Shown piece by piece: positions 10,541-18,556 of a stretch of 64,000 bases of DNA. Below the pieces are notes generated by a model. That model ran no database searches. It was not told the origin of the DNA and saw nothing but the letters and a program-made list of their open reading frames with translations. The DNA is from Oscillospiraceae bacterium (GTDB lineage: Bacteria > Bacillota > Clostridia > Oscillospirales > Oscillospiraceae), in the NCBI GenBank assembly GCA_020025545.1, contig JAHHRX010000005.1:29691-93690 (forward strand), in the 5' to 3' direction. Numbering within the stretch: the first letter of the stretch is position 1; each line of letters starts with the position of its first letter. A program made the position numbers and the translations under genes.

Positions 10541-10579
10541 AGGGCGTGCCGCAAAAGCGGCACGCCCTCACTTTATTTT
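10541..10579 (+). terminator. Intrinsic terminator after pur operon
   Basis: Perfect stem AGGGCGTGCCGC-aaaa-GCGGCACGCCCT followed by a T-rich tract. Confidence 0.8.
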
Positions 10580-10640
10580 GTGATGCAAACAGAACTACTG
10601 CAAAAGCGCCCGAACCAAAGTCCGGGCGCTTCTCATTTTT

Positions 10641-11567
10641 TCAGATTCCGAAAAATTCACGGATGGTATTGCAGTAAAGCTCCGGTTCCAGCGCAATGCA
10701 TTCTGCGTGCTTCGCCTCCGGTATCTCCAGCAGCCGTTTCAGCGAGCCGCAGGCCTCGTAAAGCTCCCGGGCCATGTAGGGCGGCACCTTTGTGTCCTTG
10801 CCGCCGTGAACAAAGAGAATGGGCACATTGGTTTTTTTCACCTGTTCCATGGGGCTGTACCGGTGGAAATCAAAGCCTGCACGCATTTTGCAAATGGATT
10901 CACACTGCTCAAGGAAGGGATGCACCGGCAGGTGAGCGGTGTGCGGCAGCTGATAGGACAGAACATCCCATGCACTGGTATATCCGCAGTCCGCCACAAT
11001 TCCCCGAACCTGACCGGGAAGGTCATCCTCTCCGGAGGCAGCCAATACAGTGGCAGCGCCCATGCTGACGCCGTGCATCCGAATCTGGATTTTTTCTCCA
11101 AACCGCCCCACCAGATATTTTGCCCAGTCCACGCAGTCCAGCCGATCCAGCACACCAAAACCTATGTATTTGCCCTCACTGGGGCCATGCGCCCGGTTAT
11201 CCGGCAGGAGTATGCCATACCCCAAAGAGCGGTAAAATGCAAAATAAGGGGCGTATTCCCGCCGTGCATATGCATGGTAACCATGGATGCCCAGCATGAA
11301 TTTTCCGTTTTCCTCCGGTGCCGGGTAATAATAGGCATGGAGCTTCAGCCCGTCCCGGGAAGTGATGTACACATCCTCACATTCCGCCTGCTTCATCAGC
11401 GCAAAGCCTTTCCGGACTGCCCGATAGTATGGCGTATCCCGCTCAAGATTACGGGTTTCCTGATTGCGTTTGGGCCTATAAAAAAGATAGTGAAATGTGT
11501 AATCGGAAATTGCCGCTATTGCCAGCACAATCACCAGTATCACTGCTAATAAAATCCATCCCCCCAC
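10641..11567 (-). CDS. Membrane-anchored alpha/beta hydrolase
   Basis: N-terminal hydrophobic helix, IHGY, HGVSMG nucleophile elbow, HGGKD..VP and C-terminal His; GGAGGTG RBS before GTG 11567. Confidence 0.88.
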   Translation of the reverse strand: MGGWILLAVILVIVLAIAAISDYTFHYLFYRPKRNQETRNLERDTPYYRAVRKGFALMKQAECEDVYITSRDGLKLHAYYYPAPEENGKFMLGIHGYHAYARREYAPYFAFYRSLGYGILLPDNRAHGPSEGKYIGFGVLDRLDCVDWAKYLVGRFGEKIQIRMHGVSMGAATVLAASGEDDLPGQVRGIVADCGYTSAWDVLSYQLPHTAHLPVHPFLEQCESICKMRAGFDFHRYSPMEQVKKTNVPILFVHGGKDTKVPPYMARELYEACGSLKRLLEIPEAKHAECIALEPELYCNTIREFFGI

Positions 11568-11705
11568 GGGAATCACCTCCGTATGTCTTTTCATTTTCAT
11601 TAGGATACCACAGAAATATGAATAAATCTTCTGTTTTTGGCAAAATCGTGCATTTTCCAATGTGGCTTCCTGCCGGGAAAAGACTGCGGCATGTGCCGCA
11701 GTCTT

Positions 11706-12248
11706 TTAATCTTCCATCTGTTTTCCAAGGAAAGCAGCCGCCGTCTGCGCCAGTCTGAGATCTGATTCTTCCATCGGGCCGCCGTTTGCTTCCATCAGGA
11801 AAAGGACGCCTCCCATGAGATCTCCCTGACAAAGGATCGGTGTCGCTACCCCAAGGCTGTACTTTTCCGTTTCCTCTACCGCCGGGACTTTGGGGCTGCC
11901 CTCCTCAAAGCGGTAGTGGAGCCGCTGTTCCATCAGCTTGTTAAGGGCATCCGAGTTGGTTTTATCCATCAGCTCCCGCTTGGGTACACCGCTGACGGCA
12001 ATCACCGCATCCCGATCCGACACCGCCACGATCCTGCCGGTAGTCTCACTGATGGCATCACATATCTGCGCAGCAAATTCCTGAAGATCTCCCATGGGAG
12101 AATACTTTCTGAAAATCACACCGCCGTCCTTTTCCGTATAGATTTCCAGCGGGTCACCTTCCCGAATACGCAAAGTGCGGCGGATCTCTTTGGGGATCAC
12201 AATACGCCCCAAATCGTCCACTCTGCGGACAATACCAGTTGCTTTCAT
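11706..12248 (-). CDS. spoVT: Stage V sporulation protein T (AbrB + GAF)
   Basis: MKATGIVRRVDDLGRIVIPKEIRRTLRIREGDPLEI start and AFLGKQME end. Confidence 0.96.
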   Translation of the reverse strand: MKATGIVRRVDDLGRIVIPKEIRRTLRIREGDPLEIYTEKDGGVIFRKYSPMGDLQEFAAQICDAISETTGRIVAVSDRDAVIAVSGVPKRELMDKTNSDALNKLMEQRLHYRFEEGSPKVPAVEETEKYSLGVATPILCQGDLMGGVLFLMEANGGPMEESDLRLAQTAAAFLGKQMED

Positions 12249-12297
12249 ATCTTTTTCTTCCTTTCTATGAAGATTGCCAGCTTTTGTCTGTCCCTGC

Positions 12298-12326
12298 TAT
12301 TGTTTACAGGAAATAGGAAATTATGC
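12298..12326 (-). promoter_or_regulatory. Possible SigG-type promoter of spoVT
   Basis: Minus strand GCATA-N17-AACAATA, close to the forespore SigG consensus; spoVT is a known SigG target. Confidence 0.45.
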
Positions 12327-12378
12327 GACAAAAAATCACCGTTCCCTTTCCCGGCAAAAAGAAAGCCGCATTTTCTAT

Positions 12379-12407
12379 TTGCCAAACGCCGGTGACTTTG
12401 CTATAAT
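12379..12407 (+). promoter_or_regulatory. SigA-type promoter of arginase
   Basis: TTGCCA-N17-TATAAT with extended TG. Confidence 0.7.
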
Positions 12408-12448
12408 ATGATATTGCCAATGAATACACCAAAGCAAAGGAGACCGCT

Positions 12449-13300
12449 ATGTTTCATATATTTGGATGTCCCATGCATGTGGGCGTAGGCGTTAAGGGTC
12501 TTATCCACAGCCTTAACTACCTGAATGATTACTGCAAAGATTTTGATATTTCCATTTTTCCGGAAGTGATTCTGCCGGAAGAAAATCTTCCCAATCTGAA
12601 AAATTTGAACAGTGTTGTGGCGACCTGTGAAAAAATCGCCGCTGAAACCCGGAAGGTCTTCGAAAACGGCGAGACACCTCTCTTTATTGCCGGAGATCAC
12701 AGCTCCGCTCTGGGTACCGTTTCCGCCGTCAGCTCCTATTTTGAGGATGAAGTGGGCCTCATCTGGGTGGATGCCCATCCCGACATCAACACCGACAAAA
12801 CCACCGTCACCGGCAACATCCACGGTATGCCCGTGGCCGCTCTGCTGGGCATGGGGGAGCCTTCTCTTACCAGGGTTGCTTCCGACAAGGTGAAAATCAA
12901 GCCGGAAAATGTGGTGATGCTAGGTCTGCGGGACATTGACCCCCCGGAGCGTGAGATCCTCAGGGAGCAGGGTATTATGTACTTCACCTATGAAACCATC
13001 GCCCGGAGAGGCATTCACGCCTGTCTGGAAGAAAGCATTGCCCATCTGAAGCATCTGAAGCATGTACATATCAGCTTCGACATTGATGTCATGGACCCCC
13101 AGCTGATTCCCGGCGTATCCGTCCCCGTTCCCTCCGGATTCCATGAGGGCGAGGCTTTTTATGTGATGAACGAGCTGATGGAGCATCTGCCTGTTTGCTC
13201 CTGCGACATTGTGGAATACAACGCAGAGCTGGATCACGAGGACAAGACTGCCCGGTTCGCGCAGGATCTTGCCAATCTGATTTTGTCCCACGACAAATAA
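12449..13300 (+). CDS. rocF: Arginase (ureohydrolase family)
   Basis: GDHS, DAHPD, GNIHGMP and SFDIDV Mn-binding/catalytic motifs intact. Confidence 0.87.
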   Translation: MFHIFGCPMHVGVGVKGLIHSLNYLNDYCKDFDISIFPEVILPEENLPNLKNLNSVVATCEKIAAETRKVFENGETPLFIAGDHSSALGTVSAVSSYFEDEVGLIWVDAHPDINTDKTTVTGNIHGMPVAALLGMGEPSLTRVASDKVKIKPENVVMLGLRDIDPPEREILREQGIMYFTYETIARRGIHACLEESIAHLKHLKHVHISFDIDVMDPQLIPGVSVPVPSGFHEGEAFYVMNELMEHLPVCSCDIVEYNAELDHEDKTARFAQDLANLILSHDK

Positions 13301-13317
13301 AACATACCTAAAAACGC

Positions 13318-13370
13318 AAAAAATCCGGCAGACAGCAGGTTCTTCCCGCTTTCTGCCGGATTTTTCTTTT
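13318..13370. terminator. Bidirectional terminator between arginase and murE
   Basis: AAATCCGGCAGA...TCTGCCGGATTT stem with A and T tracts on either side, between convergent genes. Confidence 0.8.
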
Positions 13371-13372
13371 GG

Positions 13373-14914
13373 TTACACGCCCACGGTACATTCGTGGGTT
13401 TTGTCATATATGTTCAGATATTTCTGCACATAGTCCACATCCGAGGGGCAGTCAATATATTCCGAGCCGTATTTCTGCCGGGTTTCCCTGCCCTTTCCGG
13501 TAATGAGAAAAATGGTTTTTCCCCGGGCATTTTCCATGGCCGTGCGGATGGCTTCGCCTCTGTCCTCGATCATTTCAAAGGGGCAGGCCTGCGCCTGCAC
13601 ATACTGGGCAATATCTCTGGAAATATCCTCCACAGGCTCCGCGCCGGGGTCTTCCGCCGTGAGATACACCATTTGGGCATATTGTCCGGCGATGGTTCCC
13701 AAGTCACGGCGTCGGATCAGTGCCTTCTTGCCGGGACAGCCGAAAATTGCCACGATCTGATAATCCGGGTACTCCTCCCGCATGGAGGAATACAGCTTCT
13801 CAAAGCTGAGCTTGTTGTGGGCATAGTCCACAATGGCGATCCGCTGGCGATCCTCACTGGCGTAAAGCTCCATCCGTCCGCTGGATCTGGCACGCTGCAG
13901 TCCCGACCGGATAAAGCCCACGGGGATTCCCAGCTTCACCGCCGCCGCTATGACGCCCAGCGCATTTTCCACATTGAAAAGTCCCGGCATGGTGAGGATG
14001 AATTCCTCGTCAAATTCCCGGCATCGGACGGAAAATCTCGTTTCATTTCCCGCTTTTCGGATATTATAACCATAAAAATCCGCTTGCGGATTCTTTGTAC
14101 TGAAGGTGAGCACCTCTTCCGCCGCCTGCGCCTCTCTGAGGATTCTTTCAATCTGATCTGCGTCCAGATTGACCACTGCGGTTTTTGTCTTTTGGAACAT
14201 GCGCATTTTGGAAGAGAGGTAATCTTCAAAATCGGCATGTTCAATGGGACTGATATGATCTTCTGAGATATTGAGGAAGATGCCCACATCAAATTTCATG
14301 CCGTCCACCCGGTGATATTTCAGGGCCTGAGAAGATACCTCCATCTGGGCAAATTCCAGACCGCTGTCCACGGCATTTCTCAGGTGCTGCTGAAGCTCCA
14401 CGGCCTCCGGGGTGGTAATGTGGGACTCCACCGTGGTTTTTCCGTCGTAAATGTCAATGGAGGAAATCACGGCGCTGTCTTTCTTCCCCAGAGATGCCAG
14501 ATAGTCGTCAGCCACCGCCTTCATGTAGTAGACGGAGGTGGATTTTCCCTTGGTACCGCCCACGCCCACAAGGGTCAGATCCTCCCATGGGCGGTTATAA
14601 AACAGATTTGCAAGAACAGCCATGGCCTTGCGGATATCCGTTACCAGCAGGCAGGCCGCCGGAGAATCGGTTTCGTATGCGGTTTCGCTCACATAGCACA
14701 CTGCACCTGCCCGGACAGACTGGGTCAGATACTCCGCCCGGAAGGCGGCGCCCTTGCAGATGAACATGGTATCCTGTCTTACTTCTCTTGAGTCATAAGT
14801 AAGCGTGGTGATGACCTTGTCCCCCTGTCCGTTGGGGGCATATTCCTTTAACATTCCTCTTTTTTTCAGTTCCTCTGCATAGAAACTGATGGAATAAAAT
14901 TTCATTTCTGCCAT
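13373..14914 (-). CDS. murE: UDP-MurNAc-tripeptide synthetase, non-mDAP (Lys/Orn-like) type
   Basis: YDSR, GTKGKST P-loop, TTPE, MEVSSQ, VDYAHN and ITGKG motifs. The DNPR specificity motif reads EDPG. Confidence 0.9.
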   Translation of the reverse strand: MAEMKFYSISFYAEELKKRGMLKEYAPNGQGDKVITTLTYDSREVRQDTMFICKGAAFRAEYLTQSVRAGAVCYVSETAYETDSPAACLLVTDIRKAMAVLANLFYNRPWEDLTLVGVGGTKGKSTSVYYMKAVADDYLASLGKKDSAVISSIDIYDGKTTVESHITTPEAVELQQHLRNAVDSGLEFAQMEVSSQALKYHRVDGMKFDVGIFLNISEDHISPIEHADFEDYLSSKMRMFQKTKTAVVNLDADQIERILREAQAAEEVLTFSTKNPQADFYGYNIRKAGNETRFSVRCREFDEEFILTMPGLFNVENALGVIAAAVKLGIPVGFIRSGLQRARSSGRMELYASEDRQRIAIVDYAHNKLSFEKLYSSMREEYPDYQIVAIFGCPGKKALIRRRDLGTIAGQYAQMVYLTAEDPGAEPVEDISRDIAQYVQAQACPFEMIEDRGEAIRTAMENARGKTIFLITGKGRETRQKYGSEYIDCPSDVDYVQKYLNIYDKTHECTVGV

Positions 14915-14928
14915 TGTTTACTCCTGCT

Positions 14929-15645
14929 CTATATATATTCCGCTCCGGAACGAATAATGGATTCCTTCACCAGCACATCCATAGCATCCAGACAGATCGG
15001 CGGCACCGGATGCCTGCCCTTGTACACGGAAAGCTCCGTACACGCAAGAATGACCACATCGCAGTCCTCCCGGATAAACGCATCCATAATGCGGGCAAAT
15101 TTTTCCGGATCCCCGGGCTGTCCCTTTTTGATTTCATCGTAAATCAGCGACATCACATCTTTCTGCCGCTGCGCCGACAGCTCCACAGGGGTCACCCCCG
15201 CTTTTTCGCACTCTCTGTGATAAATTCCCGAGCGGAGGGCTCCGTCAGTTCCCATGATTCCTATTTTTTTCACATTCTCATGGTGTCTGACGGCATAGGC
15301 AACGCTTTCCCGGATCATGTTGATCACCGGGATCTTCACGGCACTCTGTATCTGCTCATAAAAGCAGTGGGATGTATTGCAGGTCACTGCGATATTGGCT
15401 GCCCCCAGCTGCTCCAGCGTCCGGGCATCCTCCTGCAGAAGCCGGATGAGATGGGCGTCGTCACCGGTTCGGATCGCTTCCGTCCTGTCGGGCATGGTGG
15501 CGTGGCTCAGCAGGATCATGTCGATATGGTCCTGATCCTTTTCCGCACGGGTATGCCGAATGACATTTTCATAGTAATAGCTGCTGGCCTCCGGCCCCAT
15601 TCCGCCGATGACTCCCAGTTTTTTTCTCACCCCATTGTGCTCCAT
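14929..15645 (-). CDS. Aspartate/glutamate racemase (RacD-like)
   Basis: LGVIGGMGP; the two catalytic Cys in CNTSH and ACTEL. Confidence 0.92.
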   Translation of the reverse strand: MEHNGVRKKLGVIGGMGPEASSYYYENVIRHTRAEKDQDHIDMILLSHATMPDRTEAIRTGDDAHLIRLLQEDARTLEQLGAANIAVTCNTSHCFYEQIQSAVKIPVINMIRESVAYAVRHHENVKKIGIMGTDGALRSGIYHRECEKAGVTPVELSAQRQKDVMSLIYDEIKKGQPGDPEKFARIMDAFIREDCDVVILACTELSVYKGRHPVPPICLDAMDVLVKESIIRSGAEYI

Positions 15646-15655
15646 AGCGTAACCT

Positions 15656-16870
15656 CTATTTGTAATACTTGTCGAAATTGCTGTACTGCTTCAAATGCGT
15701 CTTTGCCATGCGCAGGAGACGGTTCCACGCAAGATCGCCCCGCTTGAACACAGGGTTGACCATTTTGCCTTCTTTGATCAGGCGGCGAACCGTGGCTGTG
15801 TATTCGGGATTTTTGATGTGCTTATAGGCAACGCCTCTGGGGACTGTCATCCACAAATGTTCGCCGGCGGCTTCCGTATAGGGGATGTCCCTCTGATAGA
15901 TATAGTCTTCTACAAAATATTTTGCAATATTCAGACCGGAACCCGTCACATAGTAATTGCTGCGGCCCTGTCTGGTATTGATTTCAAAGAAGCGGTAGGT
16001 GTTATCCCGCTGATCCAGCTTGATGTCAAAGTTGGAATATCCCACATAATGCAAATCTTCCAGAAGATTTTTCACTTTCTTCATGAGTTCCTGATTCTGC
16101 TCAGTCAGAATCACCGCGTGATTGCCGGAGCCGTGGGGCGTATGCTCTTCCAAAAGCACATGACCCAGACACATCATCTTTACTTTGCCGTTTCTGTCGG
16201 AATAAGCGGTGAGAACCCGCATATATTCGTCATTTCCCGGGATCATATCCTGAATAATCAGAGAATCGTCATAGCCCGCATCGTAGATCCGGGTGATGAC
16301 CTGCTCCAGTTCCTCTCTGGAACCGAGCTTGTACACCTTGTTCTGAGTGGGGAAGGGATGCTCCCAGTAGGCAATACTGTTGGAGGGCTTCAGAATCAGC
16401 GGATAGGAGAACGGACATTCAAAATCCAGTCCCATTTCCTTTTGGTACACGATGGTCTTGGGGTAGTCCACGCCGTGCTTGTCGCACAGCTCATAAAACC
16501 GCTTTTTCTGCTGGAGGCTGTCCATAAGAGAAAAATCGATATAGGGAGCGATCACATTCTCCGGCAGCTCCGCCTTATGCTTGCTGGCAAGCGCCACATA
16601 GCTGTCGCCGCAGCCGATCAGAAGGATTTTTTTATCCTTATGCTCATCGGCAAAACGGCGGATCCGCCGGAGGAAATAGGCATCGGTGTCGATTGCCTCG
16701 TTTCCCTCGTAGATCGTAATCCGGCTGCAAAAGCTGGGGCCTGTCTGGTATTTTCCGAACACATAGGATCTTACCCCGTAAGCTTCATAAAATGCCCGTG
16801 CCACACTGTATGTATTGATATCGCCGCCAAGCAGTACAGGAATAAATTCCCGTTCTTCAAATTTCAGCAT
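15656..16870 (-). CDS. ATP-grasp D-aspartate ligase-like protein (Aslfm family), paralog 1
   Basis: PVLLGGDINTYSVARAFYEAYG, YPLILKP, QDMIPGND, GHVLLEEHTP and FEINTRQGRS motifs; adjacent to the Asp racemase. Confidence 0.85.
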   Translation of the reverse strand: MLKFEEREFIPVLLGGDINTYSVARAFYEAYGVRSYVFGKYQTGPSFCSRITIYEGNEAIDTDAYFLRRIRRFADEHKDKKILLIGCGDSYVALASKHKAELPENVIAPYIDFSLMDSLQQKKRFYELCDKHGVDYPKTIVYQKEMGLDFECPFSYPLILKPSNSIAYWEHPFPTQNKVYKLGSREELEQVITRIYDAGYDDSLIIQDMIPGNDEYMRVLTAYSDRNGKVKMMCLGHVLLEEHTPHGSGNHAVILTEQNQELMKKVKNLLEDLHYVGYSNFDIKLDQRDNTYRFFEINTRQGRSNYYVTGSGLNIAKYFVEDYIYQRDIPYTEAAGEHLWMTVPRGVAYKHIKNPEYTATVRRLIKEGKMVNPVFKRGDLAWNRLLRMAKTHLKQYSNFDKYYK

Positions 16871-16908
16871 AGAGATATCTCCTTTATTGCAAAACACTAT
16901 TGTTTTTT

Positions 16909-16937
16909 ATTATAACTCGCACCGTTATCTCTGTCAA
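16909..16937 (-). promoter_or_regulatory. Consensus SigA promoter for ligase1-racemase-murE operon
   Basis: Minus strand TTGACA-N17-TATAAT, perfect consensus. Confidence 0.8.
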
Positions 16938-17008
16938 TCGCAGATGCATAACTGTCGTATTGCAGGGCTTGGATAACCTTATTTTCTATAGAAAAGTACC
17001 CAAAAACC

Positions 17009-17044
17009 AAAAAAATCCGCCCTGACCACCGGTTCGGTCAGGGC
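17009..17044 (-). terminator. Intrinsic terminator after GH129 remnant and ligase 2
   Basis: GCCCTGACC...GGTCAGGGC stem followed on the minus strand by a T run. Confidence 0.75.
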
Positions 17045-17052
17045 AGGTTGCT

Positions 17053-17197
17053 TTATTCCGGCAAAGAAATATCGTAGGTGTTATCCCGGAAATTCACGGT
17101 AACAACGGTTCCGTCGCTGAAAACCGTTCACTGTCGCATCCGGTCGACGTCCGGAAATTCATGGCGCACCATTTCGCACTTTGCCGCCCGCTCCTGC
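17053..17197 (-). pseudogene. Decayed remnant of the GH129 3' end (direct repeat of 18568-18701)
   Basis: 17064-17197 aligns ungapped with 18568-18701 (about 10 mismatches in 134 bp by hand count). Translates QERAAKCEMVRHEFPDVDRMRQ*TVFSDGTVVTVNFRDNTYDISLPE*. Confidence 0.9.
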
Positions 17198-17231
17198 TTT
17201 TTAAGTTCTTCCCCACAAAATTCCACGGAAC

Positions 17232-18449
17232 TCAGCGATAGTATTTCTTAAATTTACGGAACTGGTTCAAATTCCGCAGCCAATACAAAATACGGCGCTT
17301 GAGGCTCATATCCGCCGGATAATAGAAGGAATCACAGATCTTGCCCTGCTTCACCAGTGCTTTTACCTGCCGGATTTTTTCCGGATCCTTCACATACCGA
17401 TACACGACACCCAGCGGCACCACATGCCAGAAATAGGGTTCTTTCACATAAGTGGTGGGAATGTCTTTATGGTAGATATAATCGTCTACCACATATTTTG
17501 CCAGATTATATCCGCCGCCGGTGACCCGGTAGTGACTTCTGCCCTGACGGATATTGATTTCAAAGATCTTGTAATTATCATCTCTGGAATCGTATTTCAG
17601 GTCGCAGTCCGCAAAGCCCTCGTAGCCGATATCCTCCAGAAAGAACTGGATTTTTTTCAGCAGCTCCTCATTATAATCCGACAGCGTGATGGTGGCTGCA
17701 TTGTTGCCGATGGCTGTGGGCGTATGCTCTTCCAGAAGCACATTGCCCAGATTCATCATTTTGACTTTGTGGTCGCTGCCCACATAGATCTGCAAATCAT
17801 ATAGAGAAGAATCATCACCCGGCACCTTCTCCTGAATGATCATATTATCATCGTAGCCGTTGCTGTAAATGAGGCGCAGCGTGTCCAGCAGCTGCTCCCG
17901 GTTGTCAATGAAATAGGCTTTGTGGAAGCCCTCAAATTTATTGCGGTGATATTTAACGCTGTCCGATGCCTTCAGCACCAGAGGATACCGCATATTCCCC
18001 AAATCAAACCGGAAATCCATATCCGGGGTATAAATAAAGGTACGGGCATAGTCCATGTGGTACTGCTCACACATTTGGTAGAAGGTTTCCTTCAGCACAA
18101 TGTGGTCCAGTACCTCTCTGTCGGAATAAGGCAGCACAAAGCGGTCCTTCAGCTTGTCCTTATTTTCCACGATCAGCCGCACATAATGGTCTGCACAGCC
18201 CATAAGCAGCAGCTTTTTATTCTGGCCGAATTCCCGATAAATTGCCGCCATGGTTTCGAGAAACACATCGGTTTTATCCAAATCCGGCACTTCACGGTAC
18301 ATAAGGATACGGCTGCCGTCGATGACACCGCTGCTGTTTCGTGCCAGCACCAGAGACTTTACGCCATAAGCCTCGTGAAATGCCCGTGCCATACTATACG
18401 CATTAATGTCACTTGCCAGCAAAACCGGCAAAAATTCAACTTCTTCCAT
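17232..18449 (-). CDS. ATP-grasp D-aspartate ligase-like protein, paralog 2
   Basis: PVLLASDINAYSMARAFHEAYG, YPLVLKA, GNVLLEEHTP and FEINIRQGRS motifs; GGAGG RBS 7 nt before ATG 18449. Confidence 0.85.
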   Translation of the reverse strand: MEEVEFLPVLLASDINAYSMARAFHEAYGVKSLVLARNSSGVIDGSRILMYREVPDLDKTDVFLETMAAIYREFGQNKKLLLMGCADHYVRLIVENKDKLKDRFVLPYSDREVLDHIVLKETFYQMCEQYHMDYARTFIYTPDMDFRFDLGNMRYPLVLKASDSVKYHRNKFEGFHKAYFIDNREQLLDTLRLIYSNGYDDNMIIQEKVPGDDSSLYDLQIYVGSDHKVKMMNLGNVLLEEHTPTAIGNNAATITLSDYNEELLKKIQFFLEDIGYEGFADCDLKYDSRDDNYKIFEINIRQGRSHYRVTGGGYNLAKYVVDDYIYHKDIPTTYVKEPYFWHVVPLGVVYRYVKDPEKIRQVKALVKQGKICDSFYYPADMSLKRRILYWLRNLNQFRKFKKYYR

Positions 18450-18476
18450 ACTCATTCCTCCGTAATAGCACCCTAT

Positions 18477-18505
18477 ATTATACATTTTCAGGCAGATGGT
18501 GTCAA
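18477..18505 (-). promoter_or_regulatory. Consensus SigA promoter of ligase paralog 2
   Basis: Minus strand TTGACA-N17-TATAAT, perfect consensus. Confidence 0.8.
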
Positions 18506-18556
18506 CTTATTATTCTCAAAAACCGAGCAGCCGTCATCCGACTGAGCCGATCGTTT

